DNA from: an uncultured Alphaproteobacteria bacterium | Lineage (GTDB): Bacteria > Pseudomonadota > Alphaproteobacteria > Micavibrionales > Micavibrionaceae | NCBI GenBank assembly: GCA_963740205.1 | Contig: CAVUDD010000005.1 | Span: 368,860 to 432,859 of the forward strand | Length of the DNA: 64,000 nucleotides | Direction: 5' to 3' | In this document: piece after piece, positions 19,432 through 29,650 of the stretch | How positions within the stretch are numbered: position 1 is the first letter of the stretch | Layout of the letters: each line of letters starts with the position of its first letter | Position numbers and translations under genes: made by a program | Notes under the pieces: model-generated | Told to the model about the DNA's origin: nothing | Database searches by the model: none | What the model saw: only the letters and a program-made list of their open reading frames with translations

Positions 19432-19553
19432 CTGATCACCTCCTTTCAAGTTGTTAAAAACTAATAATAAATATGGGGCAAAAGAACGACCCGTCAATGC
19501 CGAATTAAGTTGCATTTTAAAAAATAATGATTATGTTAACTTGATTATTTAAT

Positions 19554-20843
19554 TTGGCTGAGAAAGCTTGGACTATGGGTATTTTTTCAAGAATGAATTT
19601 AGGTAGGTTATTCACGTCGGATACGAAAGAGACCTACGAACCTGAACCCTTAAATATTGATGAGTTAAGTTCTTTTGAGGTTTCTGCCGAGCCAATTAGT
19701 CAGGATGAGGCAGCGATACTTGCGGAACTCAAAGAAGAAGCGTTGGATGTGAGTCCAAATTTTCAAGAAGACAAATTAGGCAATCAATCCCCTGAAAGCT
19801 TCACTATGGCATTCACGAATATCTGCGACGCTATTAAAGAAGCTCCAAGCGTAAACTGTTTTGTAAATATATTGCACATGATACCAGCACTTTTACCTGA
19901 CATAGATTTGGGTTTTGGGAGCGTAGAAGAGAAAGCTAGAAACTTTCTGGATAAGAAAAATGGTGTGTTGAATCTAGATCAATTAGCACCTGCAACTGAA
20001 CAAGATAACACTCCAGAAGTTTACGGTGAAAACGACGTTCCTAATATGCCATCGTACAAAGACCACGCTTACCAAGAGCCATTGCCACTAGAGGCGGAGA
20101 AGAAATCTTTAGGTGAGCGCGCTGGTTTGGGTCTATCTCGTTTTTTTAATAAAGCTTCTAAAACTGCCTCTAGTATAAAAGAAAAGACACCCGGTTTTTT
20201 ATCTAGCGCGTGGAAACATGCTTGTGAAAACAAGGGTACCATCGCTGCCTCTGCGGCTATTGGGATTACGGCATCTGCTGTTTGTCCTTTTGCCTTTGCT
20301 GTTGCCCCAGCCTTAGCAGCTGGGCGTGAAATTCACAGAACAGGAATTAGAAATATAGATAAGAAACGTCTGGCCAAAGTAGTGGGAATTTCTGCGGCAA
20401 CATCTTTTGCGTTTATGGGGATGGGTGATGCGCTTGATGTTGGTGATTGGTTTAATGGTGATGGTGATGGTGTTGCAAATGATGCTATTCCTCAGTCGAC
20501 AGGAAGTGAGAACGTACTGCCTTCCAACATCGATTCACCAATAGATGTGCCTGCTGATCAGCCTTTAGCTCCCGCTCTTGATACTCCAACACAATTAGAG
20601 GCTCTTCTTGAGCGCGTTGATACTTCTGCAGCCGAGGCGCAAGGTTATGATTTTTCTTGGGCAGAGCGCGTACTAGACTCCTCTAATGTCTCGCAAGCGG
20701 AAATTGCACAAGCAGTTAAGGATATGTCTTTTGCGGCATCTTTTGATGATCCTGAGTTACAAAGACTATTGTTGCAAGTCGGTGAGCAGGTTGACCCTAC
20801 CAACGTACAGATTAGTAATGACTTGGCATTTATCAACACCTGA
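19554..20843 (+). CDS. Hypothetical acidic protein with central hydrophobic segments
   Basis: 429-aa ORF with a TTG start (alternative ATG at 19575). I do not recognise any domain. Confidence 0.45.
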   Translation: MAEKAWTMGIFSRMNLGRLFTSDTKETYEPEPLNIDELSSFEVSAEPISQDEAAILAELKEEALDVSPNFQEDKLGNQSPESFTMAFTNICDAIKEAPSVNCFVNILHMIPALLPDIDLGFGSVEEKARNFLDKKNGVLNLDQLAPATEQDNTPEVYGENDVPNMPSYKDHAYQEPLPLEAEKKSLGERAGLGLSRFFNKASKTASSIKEKTPGFLSSAWKHACENKGTIAASAAIGITASAVCPFAFAVAPALAAGREIHRTGIRNIDKKRLAKVVGISAATSFAFMGMGDALDVGDWFNGDGDGVANDAIPQSTGSENVLPSNIDSPIDVPADQPLAPALDTPTQLEALLERVDTSAAEAQGYDFSWAERVLDSSNVSQAEIAQAVKDMSFAASFDDPELQRLLLQVGEQVDPTNVQISNDLAFINT

Positions 20844-20906
20844 TATGAGAATCTCTTCACATTATCTTAAAAAGAGCTACCTTCTATAAAATCAAATTAC
20901 AGGAGA

Positions 20907-21638
20907 GTGAAGATGAGAGCAGTAGTATTAGGTGTAGCCTTATTGTCATTAGGTGCGTGCGTTCCACAAGACGGTCTAAATACACAAGCAGGTCAGAGTA
21001 TTCTAGGGGCAATTGGTGGTGTAAGCGCATCCGCTCTAACAAATTCTGAAATTACTGCAGGATTGCGTGAGGCTCTTAATATTGGAACGGGAAATGTTGT
21101 GAGACAAGTTGGTGTTTTGAACGGCTTTAATCTCGATCCAAAAATTCATATCCCATTACCACCGACTCTGGCGCGTGTAGATAATGCATTATCACTTATT
21201 GGCATGAGTTCCCTTACAGATGATTTGGAATTGCGCCTCAACAGAGCGGCCGAACTTGCGGCGCCAAAAGCAAAAGATTTGTTTATCTCCGCCATAAGTC
21301 AAATGACAATCAATGACGCGAGACAGATATTATCTGGTCCTAATGATGCTGCGACACAATTCTTCAGAAGGACGATGGGTGCGCAGTTAGGTCAGGAAAT
21401 TAGCCCAATTGTGGCAAACACACTCGCTAGTTCTGGTGCGATACAGGCTTATGACCGTGCACTGGGGCAGTATTCACAAATCCCTTTGGTGGCGAATGTC
21501 AAAGCAGACCTAAACCAGTATGTGGTTGATAGGGCACTTGATGGTATATTCTATTATGTTGCACAGGAAGAGGCTCAAATCAGAGAAAACCCAGCCGCAC
21601 GCACAACAGAACTTTTGCGTAGGGTCTTTGGCAAATAG
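20907..21638 (+). CDS. DUF4197-like lipoprotein
   Basis: Has the lipobox LLSLGAC. ...EITAGLREALNIGTGNVVRQVGVLNGF...KIHIPLP resembles DUF4197. Confidence 0.5.
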   Translation: MKMRAVVLGVALLSLGACVPQDGLNTQAGQSILGAIGGVSASALTNSEITAGLREALNIGTGNVVRQVGVLNGFNLDPKIHIPLPPTLARVDNALSLIGMSSLTDDLELRLNRAAELAAPKAKDLFISAISQMTINDARQILSGPNDAATQFFRRTMGAQLGQEISPIVANTLASSGAIQAYDRALGQYSQIPLVANVKADLNQYVVDRALDGIFYYVAQEEAQIRENPAARTTELLRRVFGK

Positions 21639-21684
21639 GAAATTGCCCATGACATTTCCGAAAACATGGGATAGATAATATTCC

Positions 21685-22935
21685 ATGAAATATGCAATTA
21701 TCGGTTCTGGTATCTCTGGTCTCTCGGCGGCCTACGCCCTTCATAATGCGGGACATGATATTACTCTTTACGAAAAGAATGATTATCTTGGCGGTCACAG
21801 CCGTACTATTGATTTGAAAATTGATAATAAATCCATTCCTGTTGATACAGGTTTTATCGTTTTCAATTATAGAAATTATCCGCATCTAACGGCTCTTTTC
21901 GATCATCTCAAGGTACCTGTTGAGAAAAGTGATATGTCTTTTGGCGCAGACATTGCAAATGGCTGGTTACAATATTCGAGCAAGAATATATTTAAGCGTT
22001 TTCAGAATTTGTTGAGACCCGCGTACTGGAAAATGCTTTTTGACGTCATTAAATTTAATCGTAGGGCCGAGGACTATTTAGAAAAAAGTGCTGACATCAC
22101 AATCCGGCAATGTTTGGATGAGTTGGGTTTAGGCGTCTGGTTTAGAAATTATTATCTGCAGGCTATGGGAGCAGCAATATGGAGTTGCCCAATTAGCAAA
22201 ATTGAAGAATTTCCTGCAAAAACGTTTGTACGCTTTTTTAAAAATCACGGACTTCTAACGATTAATGATCATCCACAATGGTACACGGTCACAGGCGGGT
22301 CGCGTGAGTACGTAAAAATTTTGAGCGAGAGTTTCGCGGATAAAATAAAATTATCTTGTGGTGTAGGGAAAGTCGTACGTAATGATAAAGGTGTGATTGT
22401 TCACGCAGAAGATGGCTCTCAAGATATTTTTGATGAAGTCGTTTTTGGGTGTCACGCAGACCAAGCCTTGAAAATGATAGAAAAACCAACGGCACAGGAA
22501 AAAGAAATTCTTAGCGCGTTTACTTATCAGGATAACAAAGTTGTAGTTCATTCCGATCTGAATTTCATGCCAAGTGATAAGTCCTGTTGGGCAAGTTGGG
22601 TCTATCTATCCGATAATCGGCACGATGAATCTGGTAATGTTTCACTAAGTTACTGGATGAATAATCTACAAAATCTAGATACGGATACATCCATTATTAT
22701 TACGCTTAACCCGTCACAAAATCCGCAATCATCACTGACATATAATACTCATCATTTTGACCACCCTGTATTTGACAGGGGTGCAATAGATGCACAAGAG
22801 AAAATAGGTGACATCCAAGGAAGTGATAAATTTTGGTTTGTAGGTGCCTATCAACGCTATGGCTTTCACGAAGATGGTATTCTAAGTACAGCGCGCGTTC
22901 TTGAGAAAATGGATATAAAAATTCCATGGAACTAA
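21685..22935 (+). CDS. NAD(P)/FAD-dependent oxidoreductase (amine-oxidase-like)
   Basis: The N-terminal IIGSGISGLSAAYAL...YEKNDYLGGH is a dinucleotide-binding motif. It is the first gene of the DUF1365-CFA cluster. Confidence 0.75.
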   Translation: MKYAIIGSGISGLSAAYALHNAGHDITLYEKNDYLGGHSRTIDLKIDNKSIPVDTGFIVFNYRNYPHLTALFDHLKVPVEKSDMSFGADIANGWLQYSSKNIFKRFQNLLRPAYWKMLFDVIKFNRRAEDYLEKSADITIRQCLDELGLGVWFRNYYLQAMGAAIWSCPISKIEEFPAKTFVRFFKNHGLLTINDHPQWYTVTGGSREYVKILSESFADKIKLSCGVGKVVRNDKGVIVHAEDGSQDIFDEVVFGCHADQALKMIEKPTAQEKEILSAFTYQDNKVVVHSDLNFMPSDKSCWASWVYLSDNRHDESGNVSLSYWMNNLQNLDTDTSIIITLNPSQNPQSSLTYNTHHFDHPVFDRGAIDAQEKIGDIQGSDKFWFVGAYQRYGFHEDGILSTARVLEKMDIKIPWN

Positions 22936-23723
22936 CACCCAAAATTCTTTTCGGGCGTGTCATGCATAAACGCTTTTCCCCAAAAGCGAACGCATTCAAT
23001 TATGGTATTTATTATCTGGGTTTGCCACTTTCACAAATTAACAGCTCACTCGAAAATAAATATTTTAAAACTAATCGCTGGGGAGTTTTAAGTTTTTACA
23101 CTAAGGATCACGGGCATAGGGATGATAAAGATTTAAGGGATTGGGCAAGAAAAATATTAGACGATCACGGTATCGATAAAACAGATGGTGAAATTTTTCT
23201 TGTTACCATGCCAAGGGTATTTGGCTATGTTTTTAACCCTGTAAGTTTTTGGTATTGCTATGACCGCTCGGAAAAGTTACGTGCGGTTATATGCGAGGTA
23301 AATAATACGTTTGGAGAAACACATAGTTATATATGCGCGCATGATGACCAAGCTGAAATTAGGAAAGATGATATTTTAGAGGGACGAAAAGTTTTTCATG
23401 TGTCGCCTTTTTTAGAGCGTGAAGGGCACTATAAATTTAGGTTCAGCTTACTGGATTCTAAGATGGGAGCATGGATAGATTTCTATGATGGTGAGGGACA
23501 TAAAAAACTAGTAACGGCATTAAGTGGAAGTTTTGAGAATTTATCCTTACAGTCCTGTAGGCGTGCTTTTTGGAAATATCCTCTTGTGACATTGAAATCA
23601 ATTTCACTTATTCATTGGCAAGCCTTGAAATTACTCTTTAAACGCGCCAAATATGTACCTAAGCCTTTGCAGGAAGACATTAAGGTTACAATTGCAGGCA
23701 CACAGAACAGGAAGGAACATTAA
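22926..23723 (+). CDS. DUF1365 family protein
   Basis: GRVMHKRFSPKANAFNYGIYYL...FGYVFNPVSFWYCYD is typical of DUF1365. It overlaps the upstream gene by 10 nt. Confidence 0.75.
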   Translation: MELTPKILFGRVMHKRFSPKANAFNYGIYYLGLPLSQINSSLENKYFKTNRWGVLSFYTKDHGHRDDKDLRDWARKILDDHGIDKTDGEIFLVTMPRVFGYVFNPVSFWYCYDRSEKLRAVICEVNNTFGETHSYICAHDDQAEIRKDDILEGRKVFHVSPFLEREGHYKFRFSLLDSKMGAWIDFYDGEGHKKLVTALSGSFENLSLQSCRRAFWKYPLVTLKSISLIHWQALKLLFKRAKYVPKPLQEDIKVTIAGTQNRKEH

Positions 23724-23725
23724 GA

Positions 23726-24901
23726 ATGTTCGACCAATTTATTTTTAAAAAAATATTGAAGCGACTGGATAAGCTTAAATTTGGTTCCTTAAGAGTTCAA
23801 ACACCAGACAATAAAATCTATGAATTCCAAGGTGAAATTCCCGGGCATGCTGCTGACATCGTCATAAAAGATTGGCGTGTTCTTGGAAATTTAATGGCCA
23901 AGGGAGACATTGGCTTTGCAGAAGATTACAGTGCAGGCTATTGGGAAACGAGTGACTTGATTAGTTTGCTTACGGTGAGCATCCAGAACAGACCCATTCT
24001 TGACCCATTTTTTAATGCCGATTACATGCACCGTTTCTTTTATCACTTATCTTACTTTTTTAAGAGAAATTCGGTTCAGGGGAGCCGGAAAAATATCATG
24101 GCGCATTATGATTTAGGTAATGATTTTTACAAACTCTGGCTGGATGAAACCATGACATACTCCTCAGCATTGTTTCAGGATATGACTAGTAACCCCGATG
24201 AGCCGTTGGCGATTGCACAAAACAGAAAATATGATCGTATCATTGATAAGCTGGATAGCAATTCAGGAAGCATTCTTGAAATCGGATGTGGTTGGGGTGG
24301 ATTTGCTGACCAAGCAATAACACGCAGTAAGGACTACCAGATAAAAGGAATTACTTTATCAGATGAACAGCATTCCTTCGCAACGGAACGTTTAAAAAAT
24401 AATGCCTCTATAGTATTGGAAGATTACCGCCACCAAGAAGGCCAGTACGACCATATTGTTTCCATCGAAATGTTCGAGGCAGTGGGTGAGCAATACTGGC
24501 CGACATATTTTAGTAAGATGAAGAATCTTTTACGCGAGGGTGGAAAGGCTGTTGTCCAGACAATCACAATTGAAGATCAAAGTTTTGACCGCTACAGAAA
24601 AGATACGGATTTTTTAAGGACTTATATTTTCCCTGGTGGACTATTGCCAAGCCCGTCACGATTTAACAAAGAGGTAAAAAAGGCAGGATTACAAACGGTG
24701 AAGTCATTTGAATTTGGACAAGATTATGCACACACGCTAGCGATATGGCTCAAGAATTTTGATGGAGTATATGACAGGGTCAAGGGCATGGGTTTTGAAG
24801 ATGACTTTATAAGATTATGGCGGTTTTATTTGGCGGGTTGCTCTGCCGCGTTTAAAACAGGTTATACAAATGTTCGCCAAGTAGAGATATGTCACGCATG
24901 A
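23726..24901 (+). CDS. cfa: Cyclopropane-fatty-acyl-phospholipid synthase family SAM-dependent methyltransferase
   Basis: AHYDLGNDFYKLWLD.TMTYSSA...ILEIGCGWGG...SIEMFEAVG...YIFPGG. Confidence 0.85.
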   Translation: MFDQFIFKKILKRLDKLKFGSLRVQTPDNKIYEFQGEIPGHAADIVIKDWRVLGNLMAKGDIGFAEDYSAGYWETSDLISLLTVSIQNRPILDPFFNADYMHRFFYHLSYFFKRNSVQGSRKNIMAHYDLGNDFYKLWLDETMTYSSALFQDMTSNPDEPLAIAQNRKYDRIIDKLDSNSGSILEIGCGWGGFADQAITRSKDYQIKGITLSDEQHSFATERLKNNASIVLEDYRHQEGQYDHIVSIEMFEAVGEQYWPTYFSKMKNLLREGGKAVVQTITIEDQSFDRYRKDTDFLRTYIFPGGLLPSPSRFNKEVKKAGLQTVKSFEFGQDYAHTLAIWLKNFDGVYDRVKGMGFEDDFIRLWRFYLAGCSAAFKTGYTNVRQVEICHA

Positions 24902-25743
24902 AACAATTACTCTCAGGATTTATAGCTCTTATTTTATCTGGATGCACTCAGGTTGGTGTTGGCGTTGCAAATTTGCCAGCAAAGTTTGGCGATACGGAAA
25001 TTGTGAAAGATATTTCCTATGGTGACGAGCCTTGGCAAAAACTGGATATCTATATTCCAGAAAAGGCAAAAACAGAAAAATTACCAGTCGTTGTTTTCTT
25101 TTATGGTGGACGTTGGACTGATGGCTCAAAGGATATGTATGCATTTGTTGGCGATGCTTTTGCAAAAAGTGAATATGTGACCGTCATTGCGGATTACAGC
25201 AAATACCCAAATGTAAAATTTCCAACTTTTGTTGAGGATGGCGCAAAGGCTATTGCTTGGACGTACGAAAATATTGAAACTTACGGTGGTAACAAAAATG
25301 CGCTTCATGTATCTGGTCACTCCTCTGGCGCGCATATTGGAGCATTAGTTACTGCGGATGAGCGTTATTTAAAAGCCGAAGGTCAAAATATCTCGATTAT
25401 AAAGGCTTTCGCAGGACTTGCGGGACCCTATGATTTTGTACCTGACGAGCCCGATTTGGAAGATATGTTTGGACCACCATCAAACTACCCACAGATGGTC
25501 GTGACCACTTTTATTGATGGGGGAGAGCCTCCAATGCTTCTTTTGTGGGGTGCAAAAGATACGGCAGTCTGGAGACGCAATATCGATTTGCTTGAGGCTG
25601 AAATTAAGAAAAAGAACGGCAGTGTGGAAACCATTATATATCCCGAAGTTGACCACGTTGGTATTGTTGCCAGCCTTACTTGGTTTTTACGAGGGAAGGC
25701 TCCTGTGCTAAAAGATGTAACCAACTTTTTTGAAAAATATTAG
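24889..25743 (+). CDS. Alpha/beta hydrolase (esterase/lipase-like) lipoprotein
   Basis: Has the lipobox LILSGC, FFYGGRW, the nucleophile elbow GHSSGAH, and a C-terminal DH. Confidence 0.7.
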   Translation: MSRMKQLLSGFIALILSGCTQVGVGVANLPAKFGDTEIVKDISYGDEPWQKLDIYIPEKAKTEKLPVVVFFYGGRWTDGSKDMYAFVGDAFAKSEYVTVIADYSKYPNVKFPTFVEDGAKAIAWTYENIETYGGNKNALHVSGHSSGAHIGALVTADERYLKAEGQNISIIKAFAGLAGPYDFVPDEPDLEDMFGPPSNYPQMVVTTFIDGGEPPMLLLWGAKDTAVWRRNIDLLEAEIKKKNGSVETIIYPEVDHVGIVASLTWFLRGKAPVLKDVTNFFEKY

Positions 25744-25755
25744 AAGGAAAAAATC

Positions 25756-26160
25756 ATGCAATTTCTAATCGCTTATCTCGCTACTGCTTTCGTATTTCTT
25801 GTAATTGACTATGTCTGGCTAGCTCATGTTATGAAAGATTACTTTAATACAAAGCTTTCTCACCTTATGGCAGACGAAGTTAATTTCGGGATCGCGGCAT
25901 TGTTCTATCTAGTGTTTGCAGCAGGGATTGTACTGTTTTGTGTGATGCCAGCACTTAAATCCAAAAGCTGGGTGAAGGCAGCTCTTTTAGGTGCAGCACT
26001 CGGGTTTCTGTCTTATGGAACATATGATGTGACAAATGCGGCAACTCTTAAGGATTGGCCATTGATGTTAAGTGTTATCGATACTGCTTGGGGCACTGGA
26101 CTAACTGCGCTATCAGCAACTGCTGGCTATTTCATTACGAACGCAATTTATAATTCTTAA
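25756..26160 (+). CDS. DUF2177 family membrane protein
   Basis: 134 aa with 4 hydrophobic segments, in the usual position downstream of the CFA-synthase cluster. Confidence 0.55.
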   Translation: MQFLIAYLATAFVFLVIDYVWLAHVMKDYFNTKLSHLMADEVNFGIAALFYLVFAAGIVLFCVMPALKSKSWVKAALLGAALGFLSYGTYDVTNAATLKDWPLMLSVIDTAWGTGLTALSATAGYFITNAIYNS

Positions 26161-26167
26161 GATAAAA

Positions 26168-27052
26168 TTATAAGCCAGAGATAATCAATCCGATTGAAAC
26201 ATAGACTGCGGCGTGAATGGCGCCGACAGTTATGTTCCTTTTGTCAAGGATCTCACTCATTGTTGCAACGTTAAAAAGAACGACGCGCGATGCAAGGTAG
26301 GCAATACTGTGCAGTACAAGAACGGCTATAATACAAATAATTATCCAAGGCATGAAGATAATTGTGAAGTCATAAACTTCGAAGAAATCAAAATTTGAGG
26401 CGATGGTAATGGCAAAGGCGGTCGCAATCTTGCGCCCACTGAACGAAAGAGCCAGTGCAATATTGCCGTCTTTTAGCTCTTGTTGAATTCTATAGCCAGC
26501 ATGCTTCCGTCTAAAGGCAAATCTTTTGATGTATAAAGCCGACGTAAGGATAACTTGTGAAATTGCAAAACCGATTAATACGGCGATTAGATCCTGAAGA
26601 TTGCTATGCGTTACCCACATCATTAAAGATTTAATAATAATTGCAGCGGCAATTACATTGGCTGCGTCAACTAAACCAACTGCAATGTTACCCTTTGATA
26701 TTTCCTCGCGTATAGAGATATTAGGAAGTGTAAATTTATCGAAGATAATACGTGTGACGCCCATAAGGATAATGCCAATGATGCCATAGGTCAGCACATA
26801 AAGAGCCGAGGTGAAAAGCCCACTATTGGGATACCCGTATATTGTCCCGCTCAGCATAATCGCAACACCAAATGTTACACCTGCCAGAGAAATCCCCAAT
26901 GCGGCATTATCTATTTTCAAAATATTGCTGATAGTGCTGATATGTGCAACTTTTGCCGAGAAAAGCCTAAGGCTTGTAAATAGAATTATGACGATAGCTA
27001 AATTAAGCAGAATACTTGCATTCAAGCTATGATCCCAATAAATGAATTCCAT
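26168..27052 (-). CDS. Multi-pass membrane protein with DUF350-like repeats
   Basis: Repeated ..GN(I/N)A(V/L)(G/A)L... segments within hydrophobic helices. Confidence 0.45.
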   Translation of the reverse strand: MEFIYWDHSLNASILLNLAIVIILFTSLRLFSAKVAHISTISNILKIDNAALGISLAGVTFGVAIMLSGTIYGYPNSGLFTSALYVLTYGIIGIILMGVTRIIFDKFTLPNISIREEISKGNIAVGLVDAANVIAAAIIIKSLMMWVTHSNLQDLIAVLIGFAISQVILTSALYIKRFAFRRKHAGYRIQQELKDGNIALALSFSGRKIATAFAITIASNFDFFEVYDFTIIFMPWIIICIIAVLVLHSIAYLASRVVLFNVATMSEILDKRNITVGAIHAAVYVSIGLIISGL

Positions 27053-27259
27053 TATTAATAACTCCCCGCTCTGTTGACTGCTATAATGCTAGCATAAGTT
27101 TTATAGCGAAATGCAAAGAAATTTTATCTGCAATATTGTTATACTTACAAAAACGAAGCCAATATTTTAATTGGCAATTCCTAATGTAATGGTTATGTAT
27201 ACAACCTCGTATATTTTACCCATTAAACTCACCTTGTTTCCCATAGAAAGAACAAGTCT

Positions 27260-28880
27260 ATGTTACGCCTTGTTAGACGTTTCCACCTTACGCAAAACCC
27301 ACGCGCAGATATTTTATCGGGATTAACCGTTGCGTTGGCATTGGTTCCCGAGGCTATTGCCTTTGCCTTTGTCGCAAAGGTAGACCCACTGGTTGGACTT
27401 TACGCTGCGTTTTTCGTAGGATTTATTACCTCCATTTTGGGTGGCAGAAGTGGAATGATATCTGGTGCGACTGGTGCGATGGCTGTTGCTATGGTGGGGC
27501 TTGTAACCGTGTACGGTGTTGAATATTTATTTGCAGCGGTTCTTTTAACTGGCCTCATTCAGATTGGTGCAGGTATTTTCCATCTGGGTAAATTTATCAG
27601 GCTGGTTCCTTATCCCGTTATGCTGGGGTTCGTAAATGGACTAGCGATTGTTATTTTCTTGGCGCAACTTGCTCAATTCAAAAAACCTATCCTCGAGGCT
27701 GTTGACGAGGTTCATACCAGTGAAACAGGACACAGTGCCATCGACGTTCTTTTTAATGGGGGTTGGTTGCAAGGCTCGGACATGAATTTGATGTTGGGGC
27801 TTACTGCTTTAACCATGTTTGTAATTTGGGCCTTTCCCAAAGTTCCTAAAATCGGGAAATGGTTACCTGCCTCATTGGTGTCGATACTAGGTGTATCTGC
27901 TCTTGTGATTGGCATGGATTTGGACACAAAAACTGTCGGTGACCTTGCCAGTGTTGCGGGGGGATTGCCTAAATTCCACATACCGATGGTACCGTTCACT
28001 CTGGAAACACTTTTTATTATTCTTCCTGTTGCGGTTACATTGGCCGCCATTGGACTCATAGAAAGCTTGTTAACCCTAACATTGATTGACGAGATGACGG
28101 ACACAAGAGGTCGTACGTCTCAAGAATGTATCGGGCAGGGTTTGGCCAATACGACTTGTGGAATGTTTGGCGCGATGGGTGGATGTGCAATGATTGGTCA
28201 ATCCATCATTAATATAAATTCAGGAGGGCGCGGCCGTTTGTCGGGAATTACCGCAGCACTCGCTTTGTTAGGCTTCATCCTTTTTGCCTCGCAATGGATT
28301 GAGATGATTCCGCTGGCTGCACTCACAGGCCTTATGATGATGGTGGTTATCTCGACCTTTGCATGGACATCCATTCGTATCATGAACAAAATCCCTAAAG
28401 AGGATGCCTTTGTTATTTTCTTGGTAACAGGCCTAACGGTTGCTTATGACTTGGCGCTTGCCGTGATAATTGGCGTGATTGTATCCGCACTAGTTTATGC
28501 GTGGAAATCAGCAAATAAATTCTGGGTGACGGTCTGGCACAATGAGGCGGATGGAAACAAAGTCTACAAACTTCATGGTCCTTTATTTTTCGGCTCTATT
28601 TCCAAATTCCGTGACGAGGTTGACCCCAAAAATGATATCGAGAATGATATCGTTATAGACTTTAGCCGAGCGCGTGTCTCGGGATCATTCTGCGTTGGAG
28701 GCAATTGATGCCATGGCATTGAAATACACAGAAGCTGGCAAAACACTTCATCTGGTTCACCTTAGTCCTGACTGTAAAATGTTGCTTAAAAACGCCAAGG
28801 ATCTGGTCGAGGTTAATCATATTGAAGACCCGCATTACGGCGTGCTTGTTGATTATGAAACACAGATGAATATGAAATAA
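27260..28880 (+). pseudogene. SulP family anion permease with a STAS domain, one frameshift near 28675-28682
   Basis: 27260..28708 holds the transmembrane core (GLTVALALVPEAIAFA). The STAS end continues in ORF 28674..28880 (DHSALEAIDAMALKY...). Removing one base restores ...SRARVWDHSALEAID. Confidence 0.8.
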
Positions 28881-29333
28881 TCAGGCGGTATAATTCTGCG
28901 CTAGAAACCTATCCAGCTCATTGGCGAATTTTTGGCGGTCTTTGGCACTAAAGCTATTTGGCCCAACTGTCTCAACACCAGATCCACGCAACTCGTCCAT
29001 AAAATTACGCATCCCCAATATCTCGCCAATATTGTTTCTTGTATATAATGTTCCACGCGGATCAAGTGCCGTTGCACCTTTCTCAACCACGCGCGCAGCC
29101 AATGGAATATCTGCCGTAATAATTAAATCACCTGATTTACTTAAGGTAACAATTTCATCATCGGCAACGTCCAATCCATCACCCACTTGTATCATCTTCA
29201 GGTTTTCGGAATGGGGTAGGCGTAAATACGCATTGGCAACAAATGTGATTGTAATATTTGTGCGCTCGGCAAGGCGGAATAAAATCTCCTTTATTCCCTT
29301 GGGACAGGCATCACCATCAACCCAGATTTTCAT
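28881..29333 (-). CDS. YaiI/YqxD family protein (UPF0178/DUF188)
   Basis: MKIWVDGDACP at the N-terminus, 150 aa. Confidence 0.8.
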   Translation of the reverse strand: MKIWVDGDACPKGIKEILFRLAERTNITITFVANAYLRLPHSENLKMIQVGDGLDVADDEIVTLSKSGDLIITADIPLAARVVEKGATALDPRGTLYTRNNIGEILGMRNFMDELRGSGVETVGPNSFSAKDRQKFANELDRFLAQNYTA

Positions 29334-29570
29334 TTACTCTGCCTGTTTGACGCGTATTTGGTTCTTACCAATTTTCTTGCCGTGTAATTCCTGAATGGCA
29401 ATTTTGCCTTCGTGCTCAAGTGCCATTTCCACAAAACCAAAACCCTTTGATTTGCGACCATCATCATTCATCACAAGGGTACATCCCTTGATATTGCCAT
29501 AGACCTTAAACATCTCGGCCATTTCCTGCTCTTTAAAATCACGCGGTAAATTAAGGACAATAAGTTTCAT
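29334..29570 (-). CDS. RNA-binding protein (RRM domain)
   Basis: MKLIVLNLP (RNP2-like) and KGFGFVEM (RNP1). Its stop abuts the yaiI-like start (TAAATG). Confidence 0.75.
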   Translation of the reverse strand: MKLIVLNLPRDFKEQEMAEMFKVYGNIKGCTLVMNDDGRKSKGFGFVEMALEHEGKIAIQELHGKKIGKNQIRVKQAE

Positions 29571-29650
29571 GTGTGTTGCTCCGATGGACAAAGATTAAGT
29601 CTGTGATTAACATGTGAGTGCAATTTTGCATAGTTTAAAGAAATTAGAAT

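Noticed and set aside
19434-19447. GATCACCTCCTTTC on the + strand looks like the 3' terminus of 16S rRNA.
   Set aside because: No other 16S sequence surrounds it. It is simply the reverse complement of a perfect Shine-Dalgarno (GAAAGGAGGTGATC) serving the minus-strand 31-aa ORF.
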